DNA of 64,000 nt, from the NCBI GenBank assembly GCA_910587685.1, contig CAJUMY010000003.1, positions 64,600 through 128,599 on the forward strand, in the 5' to 3' direction. Each line of letters starts with the position of its first letter. Within the stretch, counting starts at the first letter, position 1. The notes beneath the pieces were generated by a model. That model had not been told where the DNA came from and searched no databases. It saw nothing but the letters and a program-made list of their open reading frames with translations. The position numbers and the translations under genes were made by a program. Positions 52,753 through 61,866 of the stretch are shown piece after piece. The DNA comes from an uncultured Christensenellaceae bacterium. Its GTDB lineage: Bacteria; Bacillota; Clostridia; Christensenellales; UBA3700.

Positions 52753-55152
52753 TTATTCGCCTTTGGCGTCTTGAAGCATTTCGCGCGGATAACGTTTTGT
52801 CTGCGAGAGCGAAATAACGAACGAAACGATAACGCCGACAATTATCGGAATAATTGCAATCGTAGGCGCAAGCATTTCGATGCCCTTTATCGCAACTCTT
52901 CCGATAAGTACCGTCAAGGTATTAGCAAATATCGGAACCGCCGCGTAAGACAATGCAAAACCTATAAGGAACGCTATTAAGTTCATTATAAGTACGAGCG
53001 TAGTATATACGAGTCCGACGCCGCTTCTTCCTACGCCGAGCGATCTCAAGACGCCGTTTCGCCGTCTGTCCGCCTTCGACAACTGAATAACGTAAAGCAA
53101 ATTCATAATAACGGCAGTCGTCATAAAGAGGATCGCCGCGATACCGAACATGGGACCGACTATCTCATAATTCCTCATATAATTCATCGTATCTTCCATC
53201 GCCCTGCCGATTATCTCGGTAGAAAATTCGTTATTCAAGTCGTTATCCATAAGGAACGATATAGCGCTGACGTCATCGCCTTTGTTTTGCCCTATAGCCA
53301 CCGCGAATCCCATATACTTCTCGCCGTGGACCAACTGCCCGACGTCGCCGATATAGGCGGTATTATCCAAACTTTCCCCGCCTTCATCGTCTATATATCC
53401 TACTACTTTGAACTGGTTGAACTCTTCCCCGTAACCTACGTTAAAATAAATACTATCCTTTTCGCTATCGGTAAGACCGTCTACTCCCGTTCCCTTGTCG
53501 GCGCCGAGTTTCGTATCGAGTACCGCCTTGCCGATCACCATCTCTCCGTCGCCTAGCTCTTCTATTTCTTCGCCCGTTAGCGATACTATCCTGCTCTTTT
53601 CCTCTTCGCTTATGAATCTGAACGACGACATATCGAGACCGATCTTCATCCCCAAATATATAGTCAGCTTAAAGCTGTCCGAATAATTATCGAGAAACTG
53701 CTCCGATACTATAGGCGAGCGGTGTCTCAAATATACCGCGCTAAAGGATCTGTCGTCTCTCTCCAGCAAAGCGCTTCCGTTTTTTACGCTCCTATATAGC
53801 TCTTCTTCATAAGTATCGACAACGCCTACTACGGTATAACCGCTCTCTTCGAGCGTTACACCGATGATGTCTTTATATTCCGTCAGTCTGAATTTCCCCG
53901 TATCGACAAGACCGTCGAACTGATATTTCGTTATGGCTATCTCTTTTCGTCCCGCAGGCATTTTCCCCGCAAGAAGAGTATATCCGGAATCTTTAAGAAA
54001 AGCGTCGTTCTCCGCAACGTATACCGTATCGACGGCAAAATCGTAATATTCCGTGTTAACGGGTTTTTCGCGAGTAATATAGAATCTCTCTTCTATGATT
54101 CGCATAAAAGCCTTTTTGCCTTTTATCTCGTTCTCTATAGCTAAACGCTCTTCACTGCTTATCGTTCCGTCTCCTTCTATAAGGGAGATATCTATCTTAG
54201 GCTCGTATACTACGAACATATACTTATCTCCGGCTTCGACAGCCGTATTACGGTAAATGCTCACAACGCCCGTAAAGTAGAAAGACAGAAACAGTATCGC
54301 CGCCAAAAAGCACAGCGTTATTACCGAAAACGCAGATATGCTCTTTCTTATGCTCGACTTAAAACTCGCTGCGCCGAGCAAGAGATGTTCTCTTATATCA
54401 AGCGCGCCGAATCTCTTCTTTTTTTCGTCTTTATTTTCAAAAACATCATTATATGTATCTTTATTTTCCGCTTTTCCTATAAAAGTATCGCTTATTATTT
54501 CTCCGTCTTTCATCTCGACGATCCTATCTGCGTACGCTCTCGCGCTCTCGATATCGTGAGTAACTACTATAACGGCTCTATCCCGAGAGGTCTCTTTCAA
54601 CAGTTCGAAGACTTCTCTTGAATTTTCACTATCGAGATTTCCCGTAGGTTCGTCGGCAAGAAGTACTCCCGACCCTTTCACAATCGCCCTAGCTATCGCA
54701 ACGCGTTGCTGTTCTCCGCCCGAAAGCTCGTAAGGATACTTCTTTTTAACGTCTATGAGACTCACCCTTTCAAGAGCTTCGTCTATCAAAGCAACATCCT
54801 TTTTGCCCGCAAGCGACATCTCGAGTCTCAGATTCTCCTCTACCGTAATACCGCCTATTAGATTGAATTCCTGAAAAACGTAATTGATCTCGTTACGCCT
54901 TATATCATCCTTATCCCTTTCCTTAAGCGTAGCGTAATCGTAATTGCCGAGCGATACGTCTCCGCTATCGAAAGGTATGATGAGTCCTATGGCGTTAAGC
55001 AACGTCGATTTTCCGGAACCGCTTTCCCCAACTATCGCAGTCATGCCGACGTTCCCTATCTCGAGATTGACGTTATCGAGCGCGAGAACGTCATCGCCGC
55101 CCTTTATCTTATAGATTTTAGTGAGTCCCCTTATCTTGATAATACTGCTCAT
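52753..55152 (-). CDS. MacB-type ABC transporter, fused ATPase + FtsX permease (paralogue 2)
   Basis: 799 aa. Walker A GESGSGKST, LSGGEQQR, Walker B LLADEPT. TM1 near residue 270, an extracytoplasmic domain of about 360 aa, and 3 C-terminal TMs. Confidence 0.85.
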   Translation of the reverse strand: MSSIIKIRGLTKIYKIKGGDDVLALDNVNLEIGNVGMTAIVGESGSGKSTLLNAIGLIIPFDSGDVSLGNYDYATLKERDKDDIRRNEINYVFQEFNLIGGITVEENLRLEMSLAGKKDVALIDEALERVSLIDVKKKYPYELSGGEQQRVAIARAIVKGSGVLLADEPTGNLDSENSREVFELLKETSRDRAVIVVTHDIESARAYADRIVEMKDGEIISDTFIGKAENKDTYNDVFENKDEKKKRFGALDIREHLLLGAASFKSSIRKSISAFSVITLCFLAAILFLSFYFTGVVSIYRNTAVEAGDKYMFVVYEPKIDISLIEGDGTISSEERLAIENEIKGKKAFMRIIEERFYITREKPVNTEYYDFAVDTVYVAENDAFLKDSGYTLLAGKMPAGRKEIAITKYQFDGLVDTGKFRLTEYKDIIGVTLEESGYTVVGVVDTYEEELYRSVKNGSALLERDDRSFSAVYLRHRSPIVSEQFLDNYSDSFKLTIYLGMKIGLDMSSFRFISEEEKSRIVSLTGEEIEELGDGEMVIGKAVLDTKLGADKGTGVDGLTDSEKDSIYFNVGYGEEFNQFKVVGYIDDEGGESLDNTAYIGDVGQLVHGEKYMGFAVAIGQNKGDDVSAISFLMDNDLNNEFSTEIIGRAMEDTMNYMRNYEIVGPMFGIAAILFMTTAVIMNLLYVIQLSKADRRRNGVLRSLGVGRSGVGLVYTTLVLIMNLIAFLIGFALSYAAVPIFANTLTVLIGRVAIKGIEMLAPTIAIIPIIVGVIVSFVISLSQTKRYPREMLQDAKGE

Positions 55153-55156
55153 ACGC

Positions 55157-57700
55157 TCACCCCTTATATCGCGTCATATCGGCAGGATTTGCCTTCTTCA
55201 TTCTGTACAGCGGATAGATAGAAACAACTATCGACACAGCTACGGCTACCAAAAGCATTATCGGGAAATGCCATGCCGCGACCCTAAACGGCGAAACCAA
55301 ATATACCGCGCCGCTGTAAAAATACTTGGAGAATGACGCTAACACGACCGAAAGAACGTAACCTAAGATCAGCGATAATATTATAACAAATACCGCCTCG
55401 ATAGCGTATATGAGCCCGACCTCGTTACCCTTCGCTCCCATGCTTCTGAGTATTCCCGCTTCGCGTTCGCTATCGCGTATCGTCATATCGACAAAGCCTA
55501 TCATAAGGATCAGTCCTATTACTCCGAATATCAGCATAACGGCATAACACAACATATTCGTAAGAGCTATAATATTACCGCCGACATATACGTCGTGAGA
55601 TCCTAAAAATAAGAGGTTAAATCCCGAATTCTTCGCGACTTCATATTCAAGCAACTTTCGCACCGTCTTTATATCTTCCGCTCTGTTATTACCGTCAATA
55701 AGGAGCGTTGCGCAGCTCGGGTTTTCAATGCCTGCAGTTTTAAGCGGCATAACGTCGTCGTTTATGTAGCTATATGATGAAGAATCATACCCCGCGCGAT
55801 AATATCCCACTACTTTTACCTCGGCATTATAGTCGCCGTAGAATTTCATATTAAAATAACCGTCATTCTTTATTTTATCGGGGATCTTTAGAACGTGATT
55901 ATCCCAATCTTCATAATAGACGCTTGTAAGAAAATTGTCTTCAATATAATCCATACATTCCCGCCAATCGAGGATCGCTTCACCGGCTTCTAAATGACGC
56001 TTATTACCGTCAAAAAATTCAACTAATTCTTCATTATATAGAACGTCGTTACTGCTTTTTATCCTTTCTTCCTTTTCAACAATGCTATAATTGAACCCCA
56101 TAGCAACTATGTCTTCTAGCGTATATCCTTTGTCCATTAAAAGACTTTCGATAAAAAAATTCAACTCAGCGCTTTTGTAGTTGATATCGGTATAGGTTAT
56201 GCTGACAGATATATTATCAAGAATTTCTTTATTAGCAACAATGATAGAGTTATGTACCGAATACTCATTATCTATCATCATCGAATTTAGACGACCATGA
56301 ATCAAATCCCAATTTTCATTTCCCAAAATAGCCTTATATCTTTCATTTAAGTGCGTGTCTACTATGCCAACTATTGTAAAATTTTCATTTTCACCATATT
56401 TAGAAATTTTTACAAAAGAGCCAATTATGTTTTTTATATTTATTTTTGTAAAATATTCAAGACATTCTGCCACATATTTGGTAACAGCTATTTCTCTGTC
56501 TGTATTCGGCAATCTTCCTTCTATACAATCGAATTTATTTTCCACGTCGCCTTTAAGAAGACAGTTAAAATTGCTATGATAATATCTGCTATCATCATCC
56601 GTCCAAGACTCCATTTCTTTACCGTTAACCGTGGAAATGCTTACTCGACTATTAGGCCCGCAATATATAGGAATAACTTTATCGTTTCCTATTTGATTTT
56701 TAAGTTTTTTTATCAAATCACTGTTTAATTCACGTACACTCCCAATAGGCCTTATTTCGTCCCTATTTGTCTCATATTCTATCATAACCTCGCTTTCCTG
56801 TATCTCATACAATCTATCTACAATAAGAGACGCTTTGTCATATCCTATACCTTCAAGCGTTACGCCTATCGCCGCGAATACCAATACGAAGAGGAGCATA
56901 GTAACTACAAGCCGTCCAAATCGCTTCTTAACGTTCTTCATAGCTATCATAAAGCTTACTTTCGGCGATATTACTCGGCTCTTTACGTTATGGTCTCTTT
57001 GCGTTTTCTTATTTTCGTCACTATTTCCGTAAACTTTTTCGTCGTTTACGACTTTCCCATCCTGTATTCTTATTATGCTATCGGCGTACTCGCGCGCCAG
57101 CTCTTCGCTATGCGTTACCGTAAGGACAAGACTTTCTTTCGAAAGCTCTCTTATGAGTTCGAAAATATTCTTCGAATTTTCGCTGTCAAGGTTTCCGGTC
57201 GGCTCGTCAAGTAGAATGATATTGGGGCCCTTAACTATAGCTCTCGCTATCGCTACCCTCTGCTTCTGTCCGCCGGAAAGTTCTTCTACCTTCCGTTTCT
57301 CCATATCGTAAAGTCCGACTTTGTTAAGAGCTTCTTTTACCAGCGAACTGCTCTCCGCCTTCTCGCTCATACTGAGCCCCATCGCGACGTTCTCGCCCAC
57401 GGTAAAGCCGTCAAGGAGATTATAGCTTTGAAATACTATCCCGATATTATGTAATCTGAATACGTCTCTTTCTTCGCTCTTTTTAGAAAATATATCAAAA
57501 CCGTCTATTACGACCCGACCTTCGCTCGGCGTATCTAGACCCGCTATTATATTGAGAAGCGTAGACTTACCAGAACCAGACTTCCCCACTATCGCGACAA
57601 GTCCCCTATCGCCTATATCGAGATCAACGTCTCTAAGAGCGTCTACTCTGACGCTCTTTTTCGAAACGTAACTCTTCTTTAGTCCTGATATCTTTATCAT
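55157..57700 (-). CDS. MacB-type ABC transporter, fused ATPase + FtsX permease (paralogue 1)
   Basis: Walker A GKSGSGKST, LSGGQKQR, LLDEPT. TM1 at about residues 271-292, an extracytoplasmic domain of about 420 aa, and 3 C-terminal TMs. Start at the ATG 9 nt after AAGGAG (MIKISGL...). Confidence 0.85.
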   Translation of the reverse strand: MIKISGLKKSYVSKKSVRVDALRDVDLDIGDRGLVAIVGKSGSGKSTLLNIIAGLDTPSEGRVVIDGFDIFSKKSEERDVFRLHNIGIVFQSYNLLDGFTVGENVAMGLSMSEKAESSSLVKEALNKVGLYDMEKRKVEELSGGQKQRVAIARAIVKGPNIILLDEPTGNLDSENSKNIFELIRELSKESLVLTVTHSEELAREYADSIIRIQDGKVVNDEKVYGNSDENKKTQRDHNVKSRVISPKVSFMIAMKNVKKRFGRLVVTMLLFVLVFAAIGVTLEGIGYDKASLIVDRLYEIQESEVMIEYETNRDEIRPIGSVRELNSDLIKKLKNQIGNDKVIPIYCGPNSRVSISTVNGKEMESWTDDDSRYYHSNFNCLLKGDVENKFDCIEGRLPNTDREIAVTKYVAECLEYFTKINIKNIIGSFVKISKYGENENFTIVGIVDTHLNERYKAILGNENWDLIHGRLNSMMIDNEYSVHNSIIVANKEILDNISVSITYTDINYKSAELNFFIESLLMDKGYTLEDIVAMGFNYSIVEKEERIKSSNDVLYNEELVEFFDGNKRHLEAGEAILDWRECMDYIEDNFLTSVYYEDWDNHVLKIPDKIKNDGYFNMKFYGDYNAEVKVVGYYRAGYDSSSYSYINDDVMPLKTAGIENPSCATLLIDGNNRAEDIKTVRKLLEYEVAKNSGFNLLFLGSHDVYVGGNIIALTNMLCYAVMLIFGVIGLILMIGFVDMTIRDSEREAGILRSMGAKGNEVGLIYAIEAVFVIILSLILGYVLSVVLASFSKYFYSGAVYLVSPFRVAAWHFPIMLLVAVAVSIVVSIYPLYRMKKANPADMTRYKG

Positions 57701-57746
57701 GACATTTAACTCCTTTTCTGTCAAATATGTCTATTCTATCTTATCT

Positions 57747-58985
57747 TTACTCAAACTCATAGTTGCCGTTAAATAAATCTTCAAATCTTATGGCATTAGT
57801 TATGTATTCCATAGTTGTTTTTCCTTTTGCTCCATCAGCCCCATCTTTTCCCTTTTCTCCTGCTTTATCAAACAATCCTTTAGCACCTCCAGAGCCACCG
57901 GCACCGCCATTGCCACCGTCGCCACCTGTTCCCCATCCTCCATTTTTTCCATCTAAAATTGTCAGCAAACTTTTATCTCCGAATTGACTATGGTCGTAGT
58001 TAGTTATAGTGGCTACACCGCCTCGTGACGCTTTACCTCCGTCACCGCCGTCTCCGCCATTTCCACCATTACCGCCATTTCCAGCATTTTTTGTTTTAAT
58101 ATTGTCATCAGCGCCATTGCCACCGTTGCCGCCATTGCCGCCGTTTCCTCCGTTTCCGCCTTTTCCTCCGTTACCACCGGTAACAGAAATTGTTCCTTGT
58201 AAATACCAATTTATCTTAACCGCAAAAATTCCTATTCCTCCGTTTGTCATCGCATTTCCACCGTTTTTTCCTTTTCCTCCAGCGCCGCCTATACCTCCGT
58301 GCTTTGCATAATCATCAGTATTAACACCGTCGCGTCCTACCTCTCCTACTGCACCTTCCGCCCCGTCAACGCCGTTCATACCATCTATTCCAACAATCTT
58401 TGTATACGACCCCTTCGCAGTTCTTATTCTAAGCGTATTACGAACATATATTACACAGTAATCGGCAGGTTTGAATTCGTCGAAACCAGCTAGAGCGTAA
58501 TTTTTAATCTCGTTCTTTCCCTTAAACGTAATGTCATACTCGCAATCTACCGCCTTAAAAACGTTAGGATTACCGCTACATTTGAGACCGTCAACAGTAA
58601 AATACAGCGGTCGCTGATTTCGTTCCTCATTTGTAAACATTATACTGCTAAGATGAGCGTAAACTTCTTTTGAAGTATCATATCCGTAAATAATAACGTG
58701 GTTTACGTTTGCCGGAATTGTAAAAGTCATTACCATTGCTAAACTGCTCTTCTGATTTCGCAAATCAATTATTATACCGTCTGTTTTACAATTCTCCACA
58801 TCTTTCTTACTGAAATAATCAACTATTTCATAAGTCGCATATTCTGAAATAGCAGGAATATCCGCCTCTAGCGACTCCGCTTCGACGGAACTCATTCCTA
58901 TACTGCCGATTGCGACGATAGCAGTCGCTAAAAAGCAAAGAATGACAACAATAGAAGTCAAATTCTTCTTTTTCGTTAAACGCAT
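57747..58985 (-). CDS. secreted/anchored glycine-repeat protein (G-X-Y and GGN runs)
   Basis: N-terminal hydrophobic signal/anchor (IVVILCFLATAIVAIGSIG), a beta-rich domain of about 160 aa, then a Gly-rich half at residues 201-391. GGGAGG SD. Start is either ATG 58991 or 58985. Confidence 0.8.
   Translation of the reverse strand: MRLTKKKNLTSIVVILCFLATAIVAIGSIGMSSVEAESLEADIPAISEYATYEIVDYFSKKDVENCKTDGIIIDLRNQKSSLAMVMTFTIPANVNHVIIYGYDTSKEVYAHLSSIMFTNEERNQRPLYFTVDGLKCSGNPNVFKAVDCEYDITFKGKNEIKNYALAGFDEFKPADYCVIYVRNTLRIRTAKGSYTKIVGIDGMNGVDGAEGAVGEVGRDGVNTDDYAKHGGIGGAGGKGKNGGNAMTNGGIGIFAVKINWYLQGTISVTGGNGGKGGNGGNGGNGGNGGNGADDNIKTKNAGNGGNGGNGGDGGDGGKASRGGVATITNYDHSQFGDKSLLTILDGKNGGWGTGGDGGNGGAGGSGGAKGLFDKAGEKGKDGADGAKGKTTMEYITNAIRFEDLFNGNYEFE
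57819..58391 (-). repeat. in-frame triplet (GGN / G-X-Y) codon repeat tracts
   Basis: Plus strand shows runs such as gccaccgttgccgccattgccgccgtttcctccgtttccgcc, which are imperfect 9-nt periodic repeats. Confidence 0.8.
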
Positions 58986-59051
58986 AATCATTTCCTCCCG
59001 AATATTGTTAAAGTTTTAGACACCAAGCGTATTGACCCTCTTTATGACTAC

Positions 59052-59080
59052 ATTTTACCACTTATATTATTCCAATGCAA
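59052..59080 (-). promoter_or_regulatory. candidate promoter of the Gly-protein/ABC operon
   Basis: Minus strand TTGCAT-17 nt-TAAAAT inside a very AT-rich 340-bp spacer. Confidence 0.5.
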
Positions 59081-59326
59081 CAGTGAAAACATAATTTTAT
59101 AAAATCTTAATATTATTAATTTCGCATAAATAGTCTTTTTCTTAAGTAATATTTTACTTGAAATTACAAAATTGATAGTAAAAAACCAATAATTAGTCAA
59201 TATCATCATTTGCAAAAATTCAAAATCATCAAAATATATGTATCATTATAAAAAAATTTTAATATTTTTTACAATAATGCTTTAATTAATGAAATATAAT
59301 TCCAAATAACGTATAAATAATGCCAA

Positions 59327-60184
59327 CTATCTCTCGATAAGTTTTTTCATATCTTCGGGCATATTGCTAAAAAGCTCTATCCTCGCATTTGTCACCGGAT
59401 GCGTAAAAGAGATATAACAGGAGTGGAGAGCGTGACGCGTTATCTCGTCTATCCTGCCTCCGTACATATCGTCGCCCATAAGAGGACAGCCGAGATATGC
59501 CGAGTGAACTCTTATCTGATGAGTTCTGCCCGTGTCGAGCTCGAAAGATACTAAAGTCCTATCGTCAAAACGCTCGACGACTTGAAAATTCGTTCTCGCA
59601 TACTGACCGTCCGCGCTAACTTTCCTTAGCACGCTGTTTTCGCTGACTCTGCCTATCGGCTCATCTATAACGCCGCTATCCGTCGTCAAAATGCCGTGGA
59701 CCACGGCGAGATACTTTCTCGTGATAACGCTCTTTTTCGAAGAGAAAACGCTGTGCGCATAGGCGTTCTTCGCGACAGCCATAAGACCCGACGTCTGCCT
59801 GTCAAGACGGTTTATCGGTCGATATACGAAATCTCCCCATACCTTTTGAAGCGCGTTCGCAAGGCTCTTTCCGTAATGAAGTCTCGTCTCTATGACCGCA
59901 ATATCCGCGCTCTTATCTATAACGGCGATATCTTCGTCATCGTAGACTATATTCACCTCTTTGTCGAATATATCTCTCGGCTTAGGATAATCCTCTAAAC
60001 ATACGTATATGCTATCGCCTTTTTTAATATTGGCGACAAGGATCGCATCATGCCCGTTGACCTTTACGAGCCCGAGTCTCGACTTCAGTCTCTTGATGAG
60101 CTCGGAAGAATACCCGTAATATCTGAGATTATCCTCGACAGTTCCGTCGAATACGGCAAAATACAGTAGCTCTCTCTTATTCAT
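59327..60184 (-). CDS. RluA-family pseudouridine synthase
   Basis: NRLDRQTSGLM catalytic-Asp motif, HQIRVH, and an S4-like N-domain. Start moved to MNKRELLYF, which overlaps the upstream stop by 8 nt. Confidence 0.8.
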   Translation of the reverse strand: MNKRELLYFAVFDGTVEDNLRYYGYSSELIKRLKSRLGLVKVNGHDAILVANIKKGDSIYVCLEDYPKPRDIFDKEVNIVYDDEDIAVIDKSADIAVIETRLHYGKSLANALQKVWGDFVYRPINRLDRQTSGLMAVAKNAYAHSVFSSKKSVITRKYLAVVHGILTTDSGVIDEPIGRVSENSVLRKVSADGQYARTNFQVVERFDDRTLVSFELDTGRTHQIRVHSAYLGCPLMGDDMYGGRIDEITRHALHSCYISFTHPVTNARIELFSNMPEDMKKLIER

Positions 60185-60488
60185 ATTTTCCGTCCCAAAG
60201 ATATTTCGAAAGATCCACGGTGTAATCGATAACCTCAACTCCCTCGCTTTCAAGCAGCGCCTTATGTTCGTCTATCCCGCCGAAAGCAAAAGCGTGAGTC
60301 AATCCGCCGTTTCTATTGACCACTCTGTGACACGGTATGACGTACGGCTCGGGATTAGCGTGAAGCGCGTATCCTACGACGCGCGCGGCTCGAGGGTTGC
60401 CCGCAAGACACGCAACCATTCCGTAAGTTATGACTTTCCCTTTCGGCACCTTCCTCACCACGTCGTATATCCTATCGTAAAAGCTCAT
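60177..60488 (-). CDS. MGMT-family (methylated-DNA--protein-cysteine methyltransferase DNA-binding domain) protein
   Basis: 103 aa. PCHRVV active-site motif and a helix-turn-helix-like YGMVACLAGNPRAARVVG. Confidence 0.8.
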   Translation of the reverse strand: MSFYDRIYDVVRKVPKGKVITYGMVACLAGNPRAARVVGYALHANPEPYVIPCHRVVNRNGGLTHAFAFGGIDEHKALLESEGVEVIDYTVDLSKYLWDGKYE

Positions 60489-60712
60489 AAAAGTCTCCTC
60501 TATCCATTAAATTTTACCGCCTGCCTTCGGCATTTCGTCAACTTATCTTTCAATACAATTTTAGCATATCTATAAAAAAGCGTAAAGTAAAACGGCGTTA
60601 TAAAAAACGCCGCGATATTCTTCATAGATAATATTATATATAATAATTTATTCAGTATAATAACGTTTATTTGATTTACCGCAAAATCTTCGCCAAAGCA
60701 AAAGAAAATCTT

Positions 60713-61600
60713 TTATCGCTGCCTGAAATACGCTATCTCTTCAACGTTCTTCCATCGCCCGTCTCTGTTATAACGCATCAAAAGACCGAGACCATCGCCC
60801 TTTTTTATTACATTGACGCCCTCGTTACACGTGAGCGTACACTTCACGCCGAGCTTAGCGAGTATTTTGTCGCTTGACTTTGAATACGACCCGTAAGGAT
60901 AGGCGTACGTTACGCACTTTACGCCGACCTTTTCGAGAGCATCTATCAGTCTCTCGCTGTCGGCGGTAAGCGTCTTGGCGTATTCTTCCTCGCTCTCTCC
61001 TTTGGCTCTTGCCGCTCCTTTACGCGTTTTGTCGATGTTGTGAAAATCATACGAGTGGAGCGCTATTTCCACGCCTTTTACTCTTGAAAGTTCGCCGATA
61101 TCGTCAAAGTCGAGATACGTATACTTTTTAGATATGTTTGGATTGTTTTTATTAAGGCGCGTATAATCGCCCACCACGCTGACAACCGCTTTCATCCCGA
61201 ACTCGTCGAGCAGCTTAGGAATATATCGCATATACGAATAATATCCGTCGTCAAAGGTGAGCATAACGCACTTAGCGGGAAGAGTCTTTTTTCCCTGCGT
61301 ATAAGCTATGAGGTCTCTGCTGTCTATTGAGCGATATCCTTTCTCCTGAAGATATTTCATATCCTCTCTTAGCGTAGAGAAGTTGATTTCGTATTTCGAC
61401 GGTTTAGCGCCGTCCGCTATGATATTATGATACATGAGTATCATAACGTCTATACCGTTCTCGTCATACGTTTCGGCGGCGGTATCATCGATATAAACGC
61501 ATAATAAGACCGCCGACACGATAGCGATAGCCGTAACGAGCGCAGTTATCGTTCCGAATATCCCGCCGCGTTTTGAATAAGAAGATTCATTTGCTTTCAT
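60713..61600 (-). CDS. polysaccharide deacetylase (NodB-domain) with N-terminal TM anchor
   Basis: 295 aa. LTFDDGY, HSYDFH and YPYG motifs. Confidence 0.8.
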   Translation of the reverse strand: MKANESSYSKRGGIFGTITALVTAIAIVSAVLLCVYIDDTAAETYDENGIDVMILMYHNIIADGAKPSKYEINFSTLREDMKYLQEKGYRSIDSRDLIAYTQGKKTLPAKCVMLTFDDGYYSYMRYIPKLLDEFGMKAVVSVVGDYTRLNKNNPNISKKYTYLDFDDIGELSRVKGVEIALHSYDFHNIDKTRKGAARAKGESEEEYAKTLTADSERLIDALEKVGVKCVTYAYPYGSYSKSSDKILAKLGVKCTLTCNEGVNVIKKGDGLGLLMRYNRDGRWKNVEEIAYFRQR

Positions 61601-61831
61601 CCTGCGCTCCTCCGCCTTTTCCTTCTTTAACAGTTCTCTTTTTATCGATCATTATTTCATCAAATTCAATATAATACATTACTTCTCTTACCTCTAAACG
61701 ATATTGTCCGTCAAAATTTAACTATTATACAAAGCGGACTATATATTTATAAACGCTCCGAATAGCAAGGCGTATATCTTTGATTTCGATAAAATTTTTA
61801 ATACGCGCTGTCAATATTTACCAATCCGCTC

Positions 61832-61860
61832 TTGACAAAACCCGAGCAAAATAATATCAT
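61832..61860 (+). promoter_or_regulatory. consensus-like promoter placed for a leaderless nagA mRNA
   Basis: TTGACA-17 nt-TATCAT. The -10 ends 6 nt before ATG 61867, and no SD lies between them. Confidence 0.5.
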
Positions 61861-61866
61861 TAAGTC

